A stretch of DNA of 10,628 bases, from NCBI GenBank assembly GCA_964652335.1, contig CAZZDL010000021.1, positions 1 through 10,628 on the forward strand. The letters are read 5' to 3'. The stretch is from Candidatus Micrarchaeota archaeon (lineage in GTDB: Archaea > B1Sed10-29 > WALL01 > WAMD01). Made by a program: the position numbers and the translations under genes. Positions 1 to 7,477 of this stretch are shown piece by piece; within the stretch, counting starts at the first letter, position 1; each line of letters begins with the position of its first letter. Below the pieces are notes generated by a model, which saw nothing but the letters and a program-made list of their open reading frames with translations, had not been told where the DNA came from and made no database searches.

Positions 1-3000
1 CAATAGTGAGTGGTGCATACCCAGATGTCTTATCAGCTGTAAAGTTGGCTATTGGATAGTCATTGACAGAGACGTTCACTGAATCTTCATTGTTGCTCTC
101 ATCTGACTCGTTTAATGTATTATCTGGATCTGCCACGACGGATAAGGTAAAGTCGCTAGCAAGCGCGCTAAAGTTGAATTCCACATATCTCTGCTCTCCA
201 CCTGTAAGAGTTAACGCCTCGCTGTAAACTTCAATACCATCTGCATAGGCTGAGACATTGACTGTTGTATCATTTCCTAGGTTGTATATGTAATACCTTA
301 CCTCAACTATATCTCCTGGATTCACTCTTTCCGTGTAATTAGTTATCTGGACACCCACATCATTCTCAACAGGTGACCAGGCTACAATCTCCATTTCCGT
401 ATAATCTGTTAATCCTTCATTATCTGTAACTGTCAGTGTCACTGTGTATATGCCTGCATTGGTATAAGTGTGATTGACAGTTATGCTAGTGGCAGTGCTC
501 CCATCACCAAAGTCCCATTCATAGTTAGTAATGTTTCCGTCAGGGTCATAGCTTTGGAGAGCGCTGAATGTAACAGTCAAGGGTGTCGGACCGTTTAGAG
601 TATCTGCGCTCATCATTGCAACTGGTGGTTTATTAACAGTTATTGTAAATGTTTCCTGATTATTTGTCTCATTGTATTCATCCACAGTGTTGTTTTCATC
701 AAGCACTATTGTGATGTTTGTATCGGATGTTAGGTTCTCTAGATAGAAGTCCACATAAGTGGCGTCTCCAACATCAAGGAATGCCTGTGTCTCAAATACT
801 TTCTCGTCGTTTGCATATATTGAAATGTCTACTGTATCAGTTGCGTTCCCTAGGTTGTAAACAGTAAAGTTTATCCACGCGTCTTCTCCTGGATTTACTC
901 TCTCTGTGTATGCTAAGTCATATATTGCGAAATCTGGTTTCTCCTCAGGCACCCATATGACAGCTGTGAGCGTATCTGTTCCTGTGTCACCCTTGTTGTC
1001 TGTGACTGTCAGCGTTACTGTGTATACACCTGCGTTAGCATATGTGTGGTTCACTATCATGCCAGTAGCATTGGTTCCATCACCAAAGTCCCATTCATAG
1101 TTAGTAATGTTTCCGTCAGGGTCGTAACTGCCTGATGCGTTAAACGTTATTGTCTCTCCAACAGCAACACTAACATCGTCTCCAGCATTTGCAACTGGTG
1201 GCTGGTTAGGTACAACTGTAATTATCTTGGATACTTCATTATTATCTTCATTTGATTCGTTTAATGTATTATCTGGGTCTACTTTAGCGGTGATCTCATA
1301 ATCACCAACATCAGATAGTATGAGATTGAACGTTTCAGTGGAATTTTCTCCTGCTGTCAAGGATAACTGCCTTGTTTCTATTTCCGTTCCGTTCACATAC
1401 AGTGTCAGATTAGTTGTGAGATCCTCAGTTCCTAAGTTAGATGCGTTAACTATTACCGAGAACGAATCGCCCTCAATTATGCTGTCTGGCATCGCTATGT
1501 CTGTTAACGCTACATCCATTACTCTCTCCAAAACAGTTATTGTAAATGTTTCCTGATTATTTGTCTCATTCGTTTCATTTACTGCATCCATAGGATCTAC
1601 TGTTGCAATAAATCCAAACGTCCCTGTTCCAGCAGGTGTCCAGACAAAGCTGACGTTAATTGAATTTCCAGGTGCTAGGTCGGCTACAGATACATATTGC
1701 GTATTACCGTCCTCAAGAGTAACCCAGAACTGGCCAGTACTAGCGTCACCCAGGTTGGTTATCTCCACTGTAACATTTGCTTGTTCATCTTCAAATATCT
1801 GAGATGGATAGTAGACCGCAGATATTGCCAAGTCTGGCACTCCTGCAGGATTGGGAGATGTCTGGAAACTTGACTCATACACAGCTGTCTGATTATAATT
1901 ATCATCAACTTCTATTCTGTAATAGTAAGTATTATCTGGCAATAAATTGGTCAATACAACTTCGTGGCTTGTTGTATATGTCTGGTTCTCAATAACATTC
2001 CCATAAGCAGTTGTTAAACCATACAACACCCTAGAAATCGCTGGTTGAGTCGTGTCCCATATTATTGTAGCAGAATCATTTGTTGCAGACACGCTAACGT
2101 TTTCTATTTCCAGCACTGGCGGAACTATCTCTAGATCAAAGGTTGTAGATGTAGAATCTATCCCATCCGTAACTGTTATCTCAATTGTGTAATTCCCTAT
2201 ATCAGTATCGTTAGGTGTAAACACTATTTCCCCAGTCAGCTGGTCAATATCAAATAGTGTTGAATTATCTGAGAACTGCAGAGTATCACCATCTTGATCT
2301 GTGGCATTCACAACTAGCCTAAACTCTTCATTTACATAAGCTATCTGATCATCTATTGGTTCTATCTCAGGTGGATGATTGTTCCCGATTGTGACATAAA
2401 CCGTTTTTATGTTATTTGATTCGTTCAACTCATCTACTTGATGAGCGTTATCAAGACTAACTGATATGGCGTATGTCCCATTTGCGGCTGGTGTCCAAGA
2501 CACAGACACTGTCTCAGATCCTCCAGCTGTAACGTATACATCCCCCTGTATCATTGTTGTATCGCTGTTGTTGTTCGCGTTTGTCACAATTATTATGTAA
2601 TGTGTCGTCTCATCCTTGTGTCCAATATTTAGTATCTCTGCATTGATTGTTTGAGTATGTCCTGCTGCATTAATACCATCTACAGACACGTCTCCAACAG
2701 TGAAGTCTGGCAACGGATTCACATATACTTGAACAACCATGTCGTTGTTTGTTTCGTCTAATTCATCTATGCTATTATTTGGATCTGCCTCAAAGTATAA
2801 TGTATTCGGACCATAATTCTGGGGTGTCCAGACAAATGTCAATGTCTTGGTTTCGCCTGCACTCAAGTTAACAAACTGTGAACTTCCATAGTTGAAGCTA
2901 ACCTCTACGTTCTCTACGTCTGCTGTTCCCTGATTGGTGACAGTAACGTTTATTCTAGCCTCTCTAGTTTCTTCCAAAGTCCCAGTGACTACGTTAGTTA

Positions 3001-4174
3001 TAGCAATGTCTGGCACTTGTTTCTGTACCACAACGGTCAAGCTTTCACTGTCACCAAGGCCTTGTGGATTTGTAACTACTAATGTAGCATTGTATGTTCC
3101 ATAATCTGAATATGTATATGTGACTGTCTTTGTTTCTCCACTATGCATGGTTCCTGATGCTTCAATAGAACCGTCTCCAAAGTTAAGAGCATAATCCATG
3201 TCCTGGCCATCTGGGTCTTCTGCAGAGAAATTAAACTCCACTTGCTTGTCATTCAATATTTGGTAACTGAAACTAGTTATTTCTGGTGAAATATTAGCTG
3301 ATTGAGAATAAACTCTAATGGTTCTATGAGCTATCCCTAATCCACCGTTTTGATCCTTTACTATTAACTCCACTGTATAAGTGCCCGGCTCTTCGTATGT
3401 ATAAGTAACCACTTGGCCCGTGGCTGTTGCAGACCATTTATCTCCAAACCTCCACGAGTAGGTAACTAAATCCCCATCGGGATCATAACTGTCTGATGCA
3501 TTAAATGTCACTGTGAATGGTGCTCTTCCTATAGTCGCTGTTTGTGTGAATCCTGCCACAGGTGGTGTATTCGCAGCATCTGTAACAGACACAGACGAAT
3601 AATCATTAAAACAATTTGGAATGCTAACCTTTACCCATCTAAATCTTCCTGTGTAGTTTTCAATATTTAGAACGCCCTGCTGCCAGACCTGTGGATACTT
3701 CCCATCTCCGTCCATGTCATGAGCCTTTACTGGCTCTTGGGCTATTTTTGTCCAGGTCTGATTGTCTTCAGAAACATAGACCTTTACAGTGTCTGTGCAT
3801 CCTTCGTTGAATCCAGGCCTATAGAGGATATACAAATCATAAGTTCCGTTAATAACTTCTCCTAGATCGTGAACATGATTCATTATATACCAGCCACAAC
3901 AGTCTTGCTTTCCAGAAAGACATGTGTGCGGATCATCTGTATATGGCCAGGGAGTGCCGTAGGAATAGCCTATATCATTGTCACATTCGTCAAAATAGAC
4001 TATATGCTGGGCCAATGGATTAGCGTTACTAATCGCCTGTGGTTTAACTACAGAGCCCCCTCCAGAAGCATCGCTCACAACGTATGCTGTCGGATATCCT
4101 ATGGCAAATGGAACAGCTATGAATAACACAAACAAAGCCAATATTTTCCCGACAATATCAAAACCTCTATTCAT
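1..4174 (-). CDS. Giant secreted PKD/CARDB/cadherin-like/FN3 multidomain cell-surface glycoprotein (putative adhesin), partial: 3' end lies beyond the window
   Basis: Manual translation: the frame is open from ATG at 4174 to the window edge (1391 codons, no stop). Upstream SD-like AAGGTGGTGA and an ATGA overlap with the upstream stop. N-terminus MNRGFDIVGKILALFVLFIAVPFAIG is signal-peptide-like. Approximate domains: Cys-rich head 3575-4050; PKD 3305-3571 (NTPPVA..SYDPDGDLVTYSWRFGD) and 3023-3295; CARDB 2720-3013 and 2387-2710 (PDxx..NxG..WTP..DExxExNN); cadherin/He_PIG-like 2123-2383 (NHPPEIEPIDDQ..ATDQDGD..TVTDG); FN3-like 1856-2116 (ATIIWDT..LTNLLPDNTYYYRI); CARDB 1532-1837 and 1211-1519; PKD 953-1207 (YEWDFGDG); CARDB 635-937; PKD 383-634; CARDB 65-361; start of a PKD at 1-64. 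Confidence 0.93.
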   Translation of the reverse strand, partial: MNRGFDIVGKILALFVLFIAVPFAIGYPTAYVVSDASGGGSVVKPQAISNANPLAQHIVYFDECDNDIGYSYGTPWPYTDDPHTCLSGKQDCCGWYIMNHVHDLGEVINGTYDLYILYRPGFNEGCTDTVKVYVSEDNQTWTKIAQEPVKAHDMDGDGKYPQVWQQGVLNIENYTGRFRWVKVSIPNCFNDYSSVSVTDAANTPPVAGFTQTATIGRAPFTVTFNASDSYDPDGDLVTYSWRFGDKWSATATGQVVTYTYEEPGTYTVELIVKDQNGGLGIAHRTIRVYSQSANISPEITSFSYQILNDKQVEFNFSAEDPDGQDMDYALNFGDGSIEASGTMHSGETKTVTYTYSDYGTYNATLVVTNPQGLGDSESLTVVVQKQVPDIAITNVVTGTLEETREARINVTVTNQGTADVENVEVSFNYGSSQFVNLSAGETKTLTFVWTPQNYGPNTLYFEADPNNSIDELDETNNDMVVQVYVNPLPDFTVGDVSVDGINAAGHTQTINAEILNIGHKDETTHYIIIVTNANNNSDTTMIQGDVYVTAGGSETVSVSWTPAANGTYAISVSLDNAHQVDELNESNNIKTVYVTIGNNHPPEIEPIDDQIAYVNEEFRLVVNATDQDGDTLQFSDNSTLFDIDQLTGEIVFTPNDTDIGNYTIEITVTDGIDSTSTTFDLEIVPPVLEIENVSVSATNDSATIIWDTTQPAISRVLYGLTTAYGNVIENQTYTTSHEVVLTNLLPDNTYYYRIEVDDNYNQTAVYESSFQTSPNPAGVPDLAISAVYYPSQIFEDEQANVTVEITNLGDASTGQFWVTLEDGNTQYVSVADLAPGNSINVSFVWTPAGTGTFGFIATVDPMDAVNETNETNNQETFTITVLERVMDVALTDIAMPDSIIEGDSFSVIVNASNLGTEDLTTNLTLYVNGTEIETRQLSLTAGENSTETFNLILSDVGDYEITAKVDPDNTLNESNEDNNEVSKIITVVPNQPPVANAGDDVSVAVGETITFNASGSYDPDGNITNYEWDFGDGTNATGMIVNHTYANAGVYTVTLTVTDNKGDTGTDTLTAVIWVPEEKPDFAIYDLAYTERVNPGEDAWINFTVYNLGNATDTVDISIYANDEKVFETQAFLDVGDATYVDFYLENLTSDTNITIVLDENNTVDEYNETNNQETFTITVNKPPVAMMSADTLNGPTPLTVTFSALQSYDPDGNITNYEWDFGDGSTATSITVNHTYTNAGIYTVTLTVTDNEGLTDYTEMEIVAWSPVENDVGVQITNYTERVNPGDIVEVRYYIYNLGNDTTVNVSAYADGIEVYSEALTLTGGEQRYVEFNFSALASDFTLSVVADPDNTLNESDESNNEDSVNVSVNDYPIANFTADKTSGYAPLTI
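501..1123. repeat. 47-bp perfect direct repeat (501-547 and 1077-1123) inside two PKD domains
   Basis: CCATCACCAAAGTCCCATTCATAGTTAGTAATGTTTCCGTCAGGGTC at both sites; encodes DPDGNITNYEWDFGD(G). Confidence 0.9.
635..1570. repeat. 39-bp perfect direct repeat (635-673 and 1532-1570) at the ends of two CARDB domains
   Basis: AACAGTTATTGTAAATGTTTCCTGATTATTTGTCTCATT at both sites; encodes NETNNQETFTITV. Confidence 0.9.
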
Positions 4175-4677
4175 TGTTTTTCACCACCTTCTTTCTGGGT
4201 TTCTCCTTCTTTATAAACTTTTCGTAACTGTTCAGTTACAACAAATACATCTCCTTTCTCTTTTCCATCCTTGTATAATTCTCCCCTTTCATACGCTACC
4301 CTTCCAAGGATGTCCTCTTTTAGGATTATCCTCGCGTCTGGGTTTGTGTCTGAGTTAGCATTCGGTTGATTATCCTGCTTAGTCTGTGCATCAGCGGTTA
4401 GATCGCTATTCTTATTATTATAATTGTCCAGAGACTGACTCTGAGTAGAATCATCTTCGCTAAGTAGCATTTTTTCAACCTCTTCTCTAAAATCAGTTGG
4501 CCTTTCCATGTAATCTCCTGTCTTTGATATAGCCTTCACATATTCCCCGTTTTCCTGAGTTATCTTCTTTATTCTAATCCTATAACCCATGCTCTTAAGT
4601 GCTATTAACGCAATAACAATCAATCCTGATAATCCAATAACTGTTGCATATATCATTGTTTCAAGGCTAATACTCAA
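4171..4677 (-). CDS. Hypothetical single-pass membrane protein (168 aa)
   Basis: TTG start preceded by GGAGGGG SD-like sequence and a BRE/TATA at 4722-4736. N-terminal hydrophobic helix MIYATVIGLSGLIVIALIAL followed by basic KSMGYRIRIKK, then an N/D/Q-rich low-complexity segment. Its stop overlaps the ATG of the giant ORF. Confidence 0.8.
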   Translation of the reverse strand: MSISLETMIYATVIGLSGLIVIALIALKSMGYRIRIKKITQENGEYVKAISKTGDYMERPTDFREEVEKMLLSEDDSTQSQSLDNYNNKNSDLTADAQTKQDNQPNANSDTNPDARIILKEDILGRVAYERGELYKDGKEKGDVFVVTEQLRKVYKEGETQKEGGEKQ

Positions 4678-4703
4678 TCTAATCCCCTCCGCAAAGGATG
4701 TAA

Positions 4704-4720
4704 TTACTGTTAAGTAGTAA
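4704..4720. promoter_or_regulatory. Palindromic operator TTACT-N7-AGTAA (with nested TACT-N4-AGTA), candidate TrmB-family site
   Basis: The sequence TTACTGTTAAGTAGTAA lies immediately downstream of the minus-strand TATA box. Confidence 0.55.
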
Positions 4721-4721
4721 C

Positions 4722-4736
4722 TATATAAACCTTTCG
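4722..4736 (-). promoter_or_regulatory. Archaeal BRE+TATA promoter of the surface-protein unit
   Basis: The minus strand reads CGAAAGG-TTTATATA, about 45 nt upstream of the TTG at 4677, which leaves room for a short leader containing the SD. Confidence 0.75.
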
Positions 4737-4800
4737 GTCTTTTACATATATTTGGTTACTTTAGCTAATTGTGACTTAGTACCCAATATCCTAGACAAAA

Positions 4801-4816
4801 CAGCAAGGTTTATAAA
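4801..4816 (+). promoter_or_regulatory. Putative BRE+TATA promoter of the TrmB-family gene
   Basis: CAGCAAGG-TTTATAAA (TATA at 4809-4816), resembling the divergent promoter (AAGGTTTATA shared). Confidence 0.6.
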
Positions 4817-4823
4817 TAGTTTT

Positions 4824-4839
4824 GTAACTAAACAGTAAC
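4824..4839. promoter_or_regulatory. Second imperfect operator-like palindrome GTAACT-AAAC-AGTAAC
   Basis: ACTAAACAGTAA (+, 4827-4838) matches ACTTAACAGTAA (-, 4704-4715) at 11/12 positions. Each lies just downstream of its own TATA box. Confidence 0.45.
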
Positions 4840-4890
4840 GACAAGGATTTGAACCAGATAGTAGTAATATTTATAAGGAGGCAATGCATT

Positions 4891-5568
4891 ATGAAGCTCA
4901 TGGAAAAGGCGTTTGACATCCTAAAAAAACTAGGGCTAAATACTTATGAAGCATCCGCTTATCTAGCACTAGTAAAGGTGAAATCAGCAACCGCTAGCCA
5001 GCTTTCTTCTCTAGCTCATATCCCTAGACCTAGGGTATACGATATACTAGAAAAGCTAGAAAAGAAGGGCCTAGTCAAAGTCATCCCAGAGAGACCATTA
5101 AGATATGAAGCAATACCAATAAGAAAGGCGATAGACTACTTAAAGAGAAAAAGGATGGAAGAATTCAAGAAAGAATTAGAGGAATTAGATATACTAGGCG
5201 ACGAACTAGCTGAGCTGTTGAAGGATGAAGAGGGAGATAAAGTAAATACCGGTGAAGTGTACTATCTTGCTGATAGAAGAAATATATACAATACTATTAG
5301 AACCCTGGTTGAGAACGCAAATGAGCATGTGATTCTAGGAGGATCAAAAGGTGGTCTAGAAAGAAAACTAAATTATTTGGGGGATGTCTTAGAGGATGCA
5401 AAAAGCAGGGGAGTGAAAGTAATACTGAAGGAAGGAGATTACAGATTTGCAATAGTTGATGATAATGTAGTAATGTTTTTGAATGACCCAAGGGATCCCA
5501 AGATAGACAGAGCAACATGGATAAGAAGCAATTTCGTTGCTGACACACTAAAGAAAAAATTACTATAA
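4891..5568 (+). CDS. TrmB-family transcriptional regulator (N-terminal winged HTH, short C-terminal PLD-like fold), 225 aa
   Basis: LKKLGLNTYEASAYLAL..TASQLSSLAHIPRPRVYDILEKLEKKGLV..PLRYEA is a TrmB N-terminal signature, followed by a coiled helix and SRGVKV..RFAIVD. The start was moved from 4849 to ATG 4891 because of the AGGAGG SD at 4876-4881. Confidence 0.92.
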   Translation: MKLMEKAFDILKKLGLNTYEASAYLALVKVKSATASQLSSLAHIPRPRVYDILEKLEKKGLVKVIPERPLRYEAIPIRKAIDYLKRKRMEEFKKELEELDILGDELAELLKDEEGDKVNTGEVYYLADRRNIYNTIRTLVENANEHVILGGSKGGLERKLNYLGDVLEDAKSRGVKVILKEGDYRFAIVDDNVVMFLNDPRDPKIDRATWIRSNFVADTLKKKLL

Positions 5569-5592
5569 TTCTAGTCTGTGTAACCAAATAGT

Positions 5593-6726
5593 TCAGTCGA
5601 TAACCACTTTAACTCCTGCCCTTTCTAGTATCTCCCTAGAATCATCACCTATCTTTTTTACCTTAACCACATCAACACCTAGATCTACTAGGGCTAAAGC
5701 AGCTTTAACTCCTCTCTTTTTCTTTAATCCAAAACCTGGATTCCTCATTTTCTTTACTAGCTTTTTCCTTTTTCCCCTAACTTTGTATATTGCAAACATT
5801 GGTGCAGAGCCGAATACACTAGACGGTTTTCCATTCTTATCTATAGGCACTGCTAACAATATTTCCTTTTTCTCTGGAGGTTCAACATGGATTATAACGT
5901 GATCTATCCCTTCTCCCTTAACCTTCTCCTCAATCTCTGCTGCTATACGATCAGCAAGCTTTACATCTATATTACTTGGAACTGCTATTACCATTTCTGA
6001 CATAAGAAATGGTCCAGACCTTCTTATCCATATTGACTTTACCTTTCTAATCCTCGGCATTCTCTCAACCACAGATTTTATCCTGTTAACCTCATCTTTA
6101 GGAACACTCGCGTCCATTAATGCTAGAACTGATTCCTTCAAGCTAACAACCCCTGAATATGCGACAAACAAAGCTAGACCAAGCCCCACCAAACCGTCTA
6201 CCCATGGATAACCAAGCATAGTAAAGACAACACCAATGAAAACCAAACAAGAAGACAAAACATCCATAACTGTCTCTCTGGCATTAACCAGCAAAGCTTG
6301 AGAGTTCACCCTCCTTGCAGCATCAAATTGATACTTTGCTAATATACCAGATACAACAATTGAAATGAAAACAAGTGCTAGCCCAAGACCACCATGTGTA
6401 ATTTCATAAGGCAAAAATAGCCTAGTCAAGCTTTCTGTGAATATCTCGTAAGCCAACAACAGAATAAACAAACTAGCTAGGAAGGCAGCTATACTCTCTG
6501 CCTTGTAATAACCAAATGGAAATCTCTCGTCTCTAGGCCTTGAAGCTATCTTAAGGCCAATCCAGGCAGCGAATATGGGAATAAGATCCGAAAAGCTATG
6601 AAATGCGTCAGCAGTTATTGCTAAAGATCCTGTGATATATGCAGCTGCCAACTTTCCAATAGCCAAAGCCAAAGTGGCTATGGTCACGTTCCTTGCAACT
6701 TTTTCTCCAATCTTTAGTTCATTCAA
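5593..6726 (-). CDS. Cation diffusion facilitator (FieF/YiiP-like) fused to a C-terminal NifB/NifX-like domain
   Basis: GSLAITADAFHSFSD, FPFGYYKAE and about 6 hydrophobic helices; CDF C-terminal domain (IRRSGP..VIIHVEP); then LAVP..SSVFGSAPMF..GVDVV..LERAGVKV (NifX-like). TTG start with AGGTGAT SD. Confidence 0.93.
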   Translation of the reverse strand: MNELKIGEKVARNVTIATLALAIGKLAAAYITGSLAITADAFHSFSDLIPIFAAWIGLKIASRPRDERFPFGYYKAESIAAFLASLFILLLAYEIFTESLTRLFLPYEITHGGLGLALVFISIVVSGILAKYQFDAARRVNSQALLVNARETVMDVLSSCLVFIGVVFTMLGYPWVDGLVGLGLALFVAYSGVVSLKESVLALMDASVPKDEVNRIKSVVERMPRIRKVKSIWIRRSGPFLMSEMVIAVPSNIDVKLADRIAAEIEEKVKGEGIDHVIIHVEPPEKKEILLAVPIDKNGKPSSVFGSAPMFAIYKVRGKRKKLVKKMRNPGFGLKKKRGVKAALALVDLGVDVVKVKKIGDDSREILERAGVKVVID

Positions 6727-7477
6727 TTAGATCACCTATATCTGAGAACGGATGCATATCAAAAATTTCCACTATCCTACCTAAGTCAGCTAGCTCAGAT
6801 ACTTCCTTTTTCAACGGTAATGCAATGCTCTTTTTGGCTTCAATAGCTTTACTGACCTCCTCCAGCTTAGATTTCCCAAACGCCTCATATCTCTGACCGC
6901 AGTCAACGTAGGAAAAGTTCTCCACATAAGCAGATACAGAATAGCCTAGCTCTTTAACCATGTTTCCAGCCCTAATAACATCTTCAACCACTATGCGTTG
7001 GGGCGTCCCGACTAGGACGATCTTAGTAGGTCTGAACTCATTTAGTACAGTCAAGGCCACGTCCCCAGTCCCTGGGGGCAAATCTATAACCAGCGCGTCC
7101 TTCTTTCTCCAGTTAGTTTTCATGACAAGTTCCCTAAGAAATTTGGTTACCATTGGTCCTCTCCATATTATTGCTTTACTTCTGTCAGGGAGAAACATTG
7201 CAGAAGAAACTAGGTCTAGGTTCTCGTTTATCTCTGCTGGTATTATCTTTTCTCCTTCCACCCTTGCATTCTCAGATATTCCGAATAGGCTAGCATCATT
7301 TGGACCTAGTACATCTGCATCAAGCAAAGTGGTCTTAACTCCCTTTTTTGCTAAGGACAATGCTATTAAACCAGAAACCAATGACTTCCCAACTCCTCCC
7401 TTACCGGACATTACAGCGACTCTCTCTCCAAACAGCTTGTCTATCCCAAGCTGAAACTGAACTGAAAGCTGATTCAT
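6719..7477 (-). CDS. mrp: Mrp/NBP35/ApbC-family P-loop ATPase (CxxC motif degenerate)
   Basis: AVMSGKGGVGKS deviant Walker A, LLDADVLGP, AIIWRGPM, IDLPPGTGD, TPQ and VENFSY motifs. Confidence 0.9.
   Translation of the reverse strand: MNQLSVQFQLGIDKLFGERVAVMSGKGGVGKSLVSGLIALSLAKKGVKTTLLDADVLGPNDASLFGISENARVEGEKIIPAEINENLDLVSSAMFLPDRSKAIIWRGPMVTKFLRELVMKTNWRKKDALVIDLPPGTGDVALTVLNEFRPTKIVLVGTPQRIVVEDVIRAGNMVKELGYSVSAYVENFSYVDCGQRYEAFGKSKLEEVSKAIEAKKSIALPLKKEVSELADLGRIVEIFDMHPFSDIGDLIE

Noticed and set aside
501..1570. Perfect 39-47 bp repeats as CRISPR repeats or diversity-generating retroelement TR/VR pairs
   Set aside because: Only two copies each, in-frame within coding sequence, with no spacer periodicity, no adenine-specific mismatches and no cas or reverse transcriptase gene in the window.
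4140..4174. MNRG/F as a class III (pilin-type) signal peptide
   Set aside because: Charged residues follow the putative cleavage site (Asp at +2, Lys at +6). It fits an ordinary Sec signal or anchor better.
906..4358. Plus-strand ORFs 906-1100, 1320-1556, 1777-1995, 3869-4126 and 4101-4358
   Set aside because: Antisense shadows of the giant minus-strand CDS and its upstream gene, with no recognisable motifs.
4849..4890. Longer TrmB start at 4849
   Set aside because: The AGGAGG SD sits in front of ATG 4891, and the extension has no TrmB-like character.
5545..5595. Terminator between the convergent TrmB and CDF genes
   Set aside because: The gap is only 24 nt with no hairpin. A short minus-strand T-run at about 5551-5559 is too weak to call.
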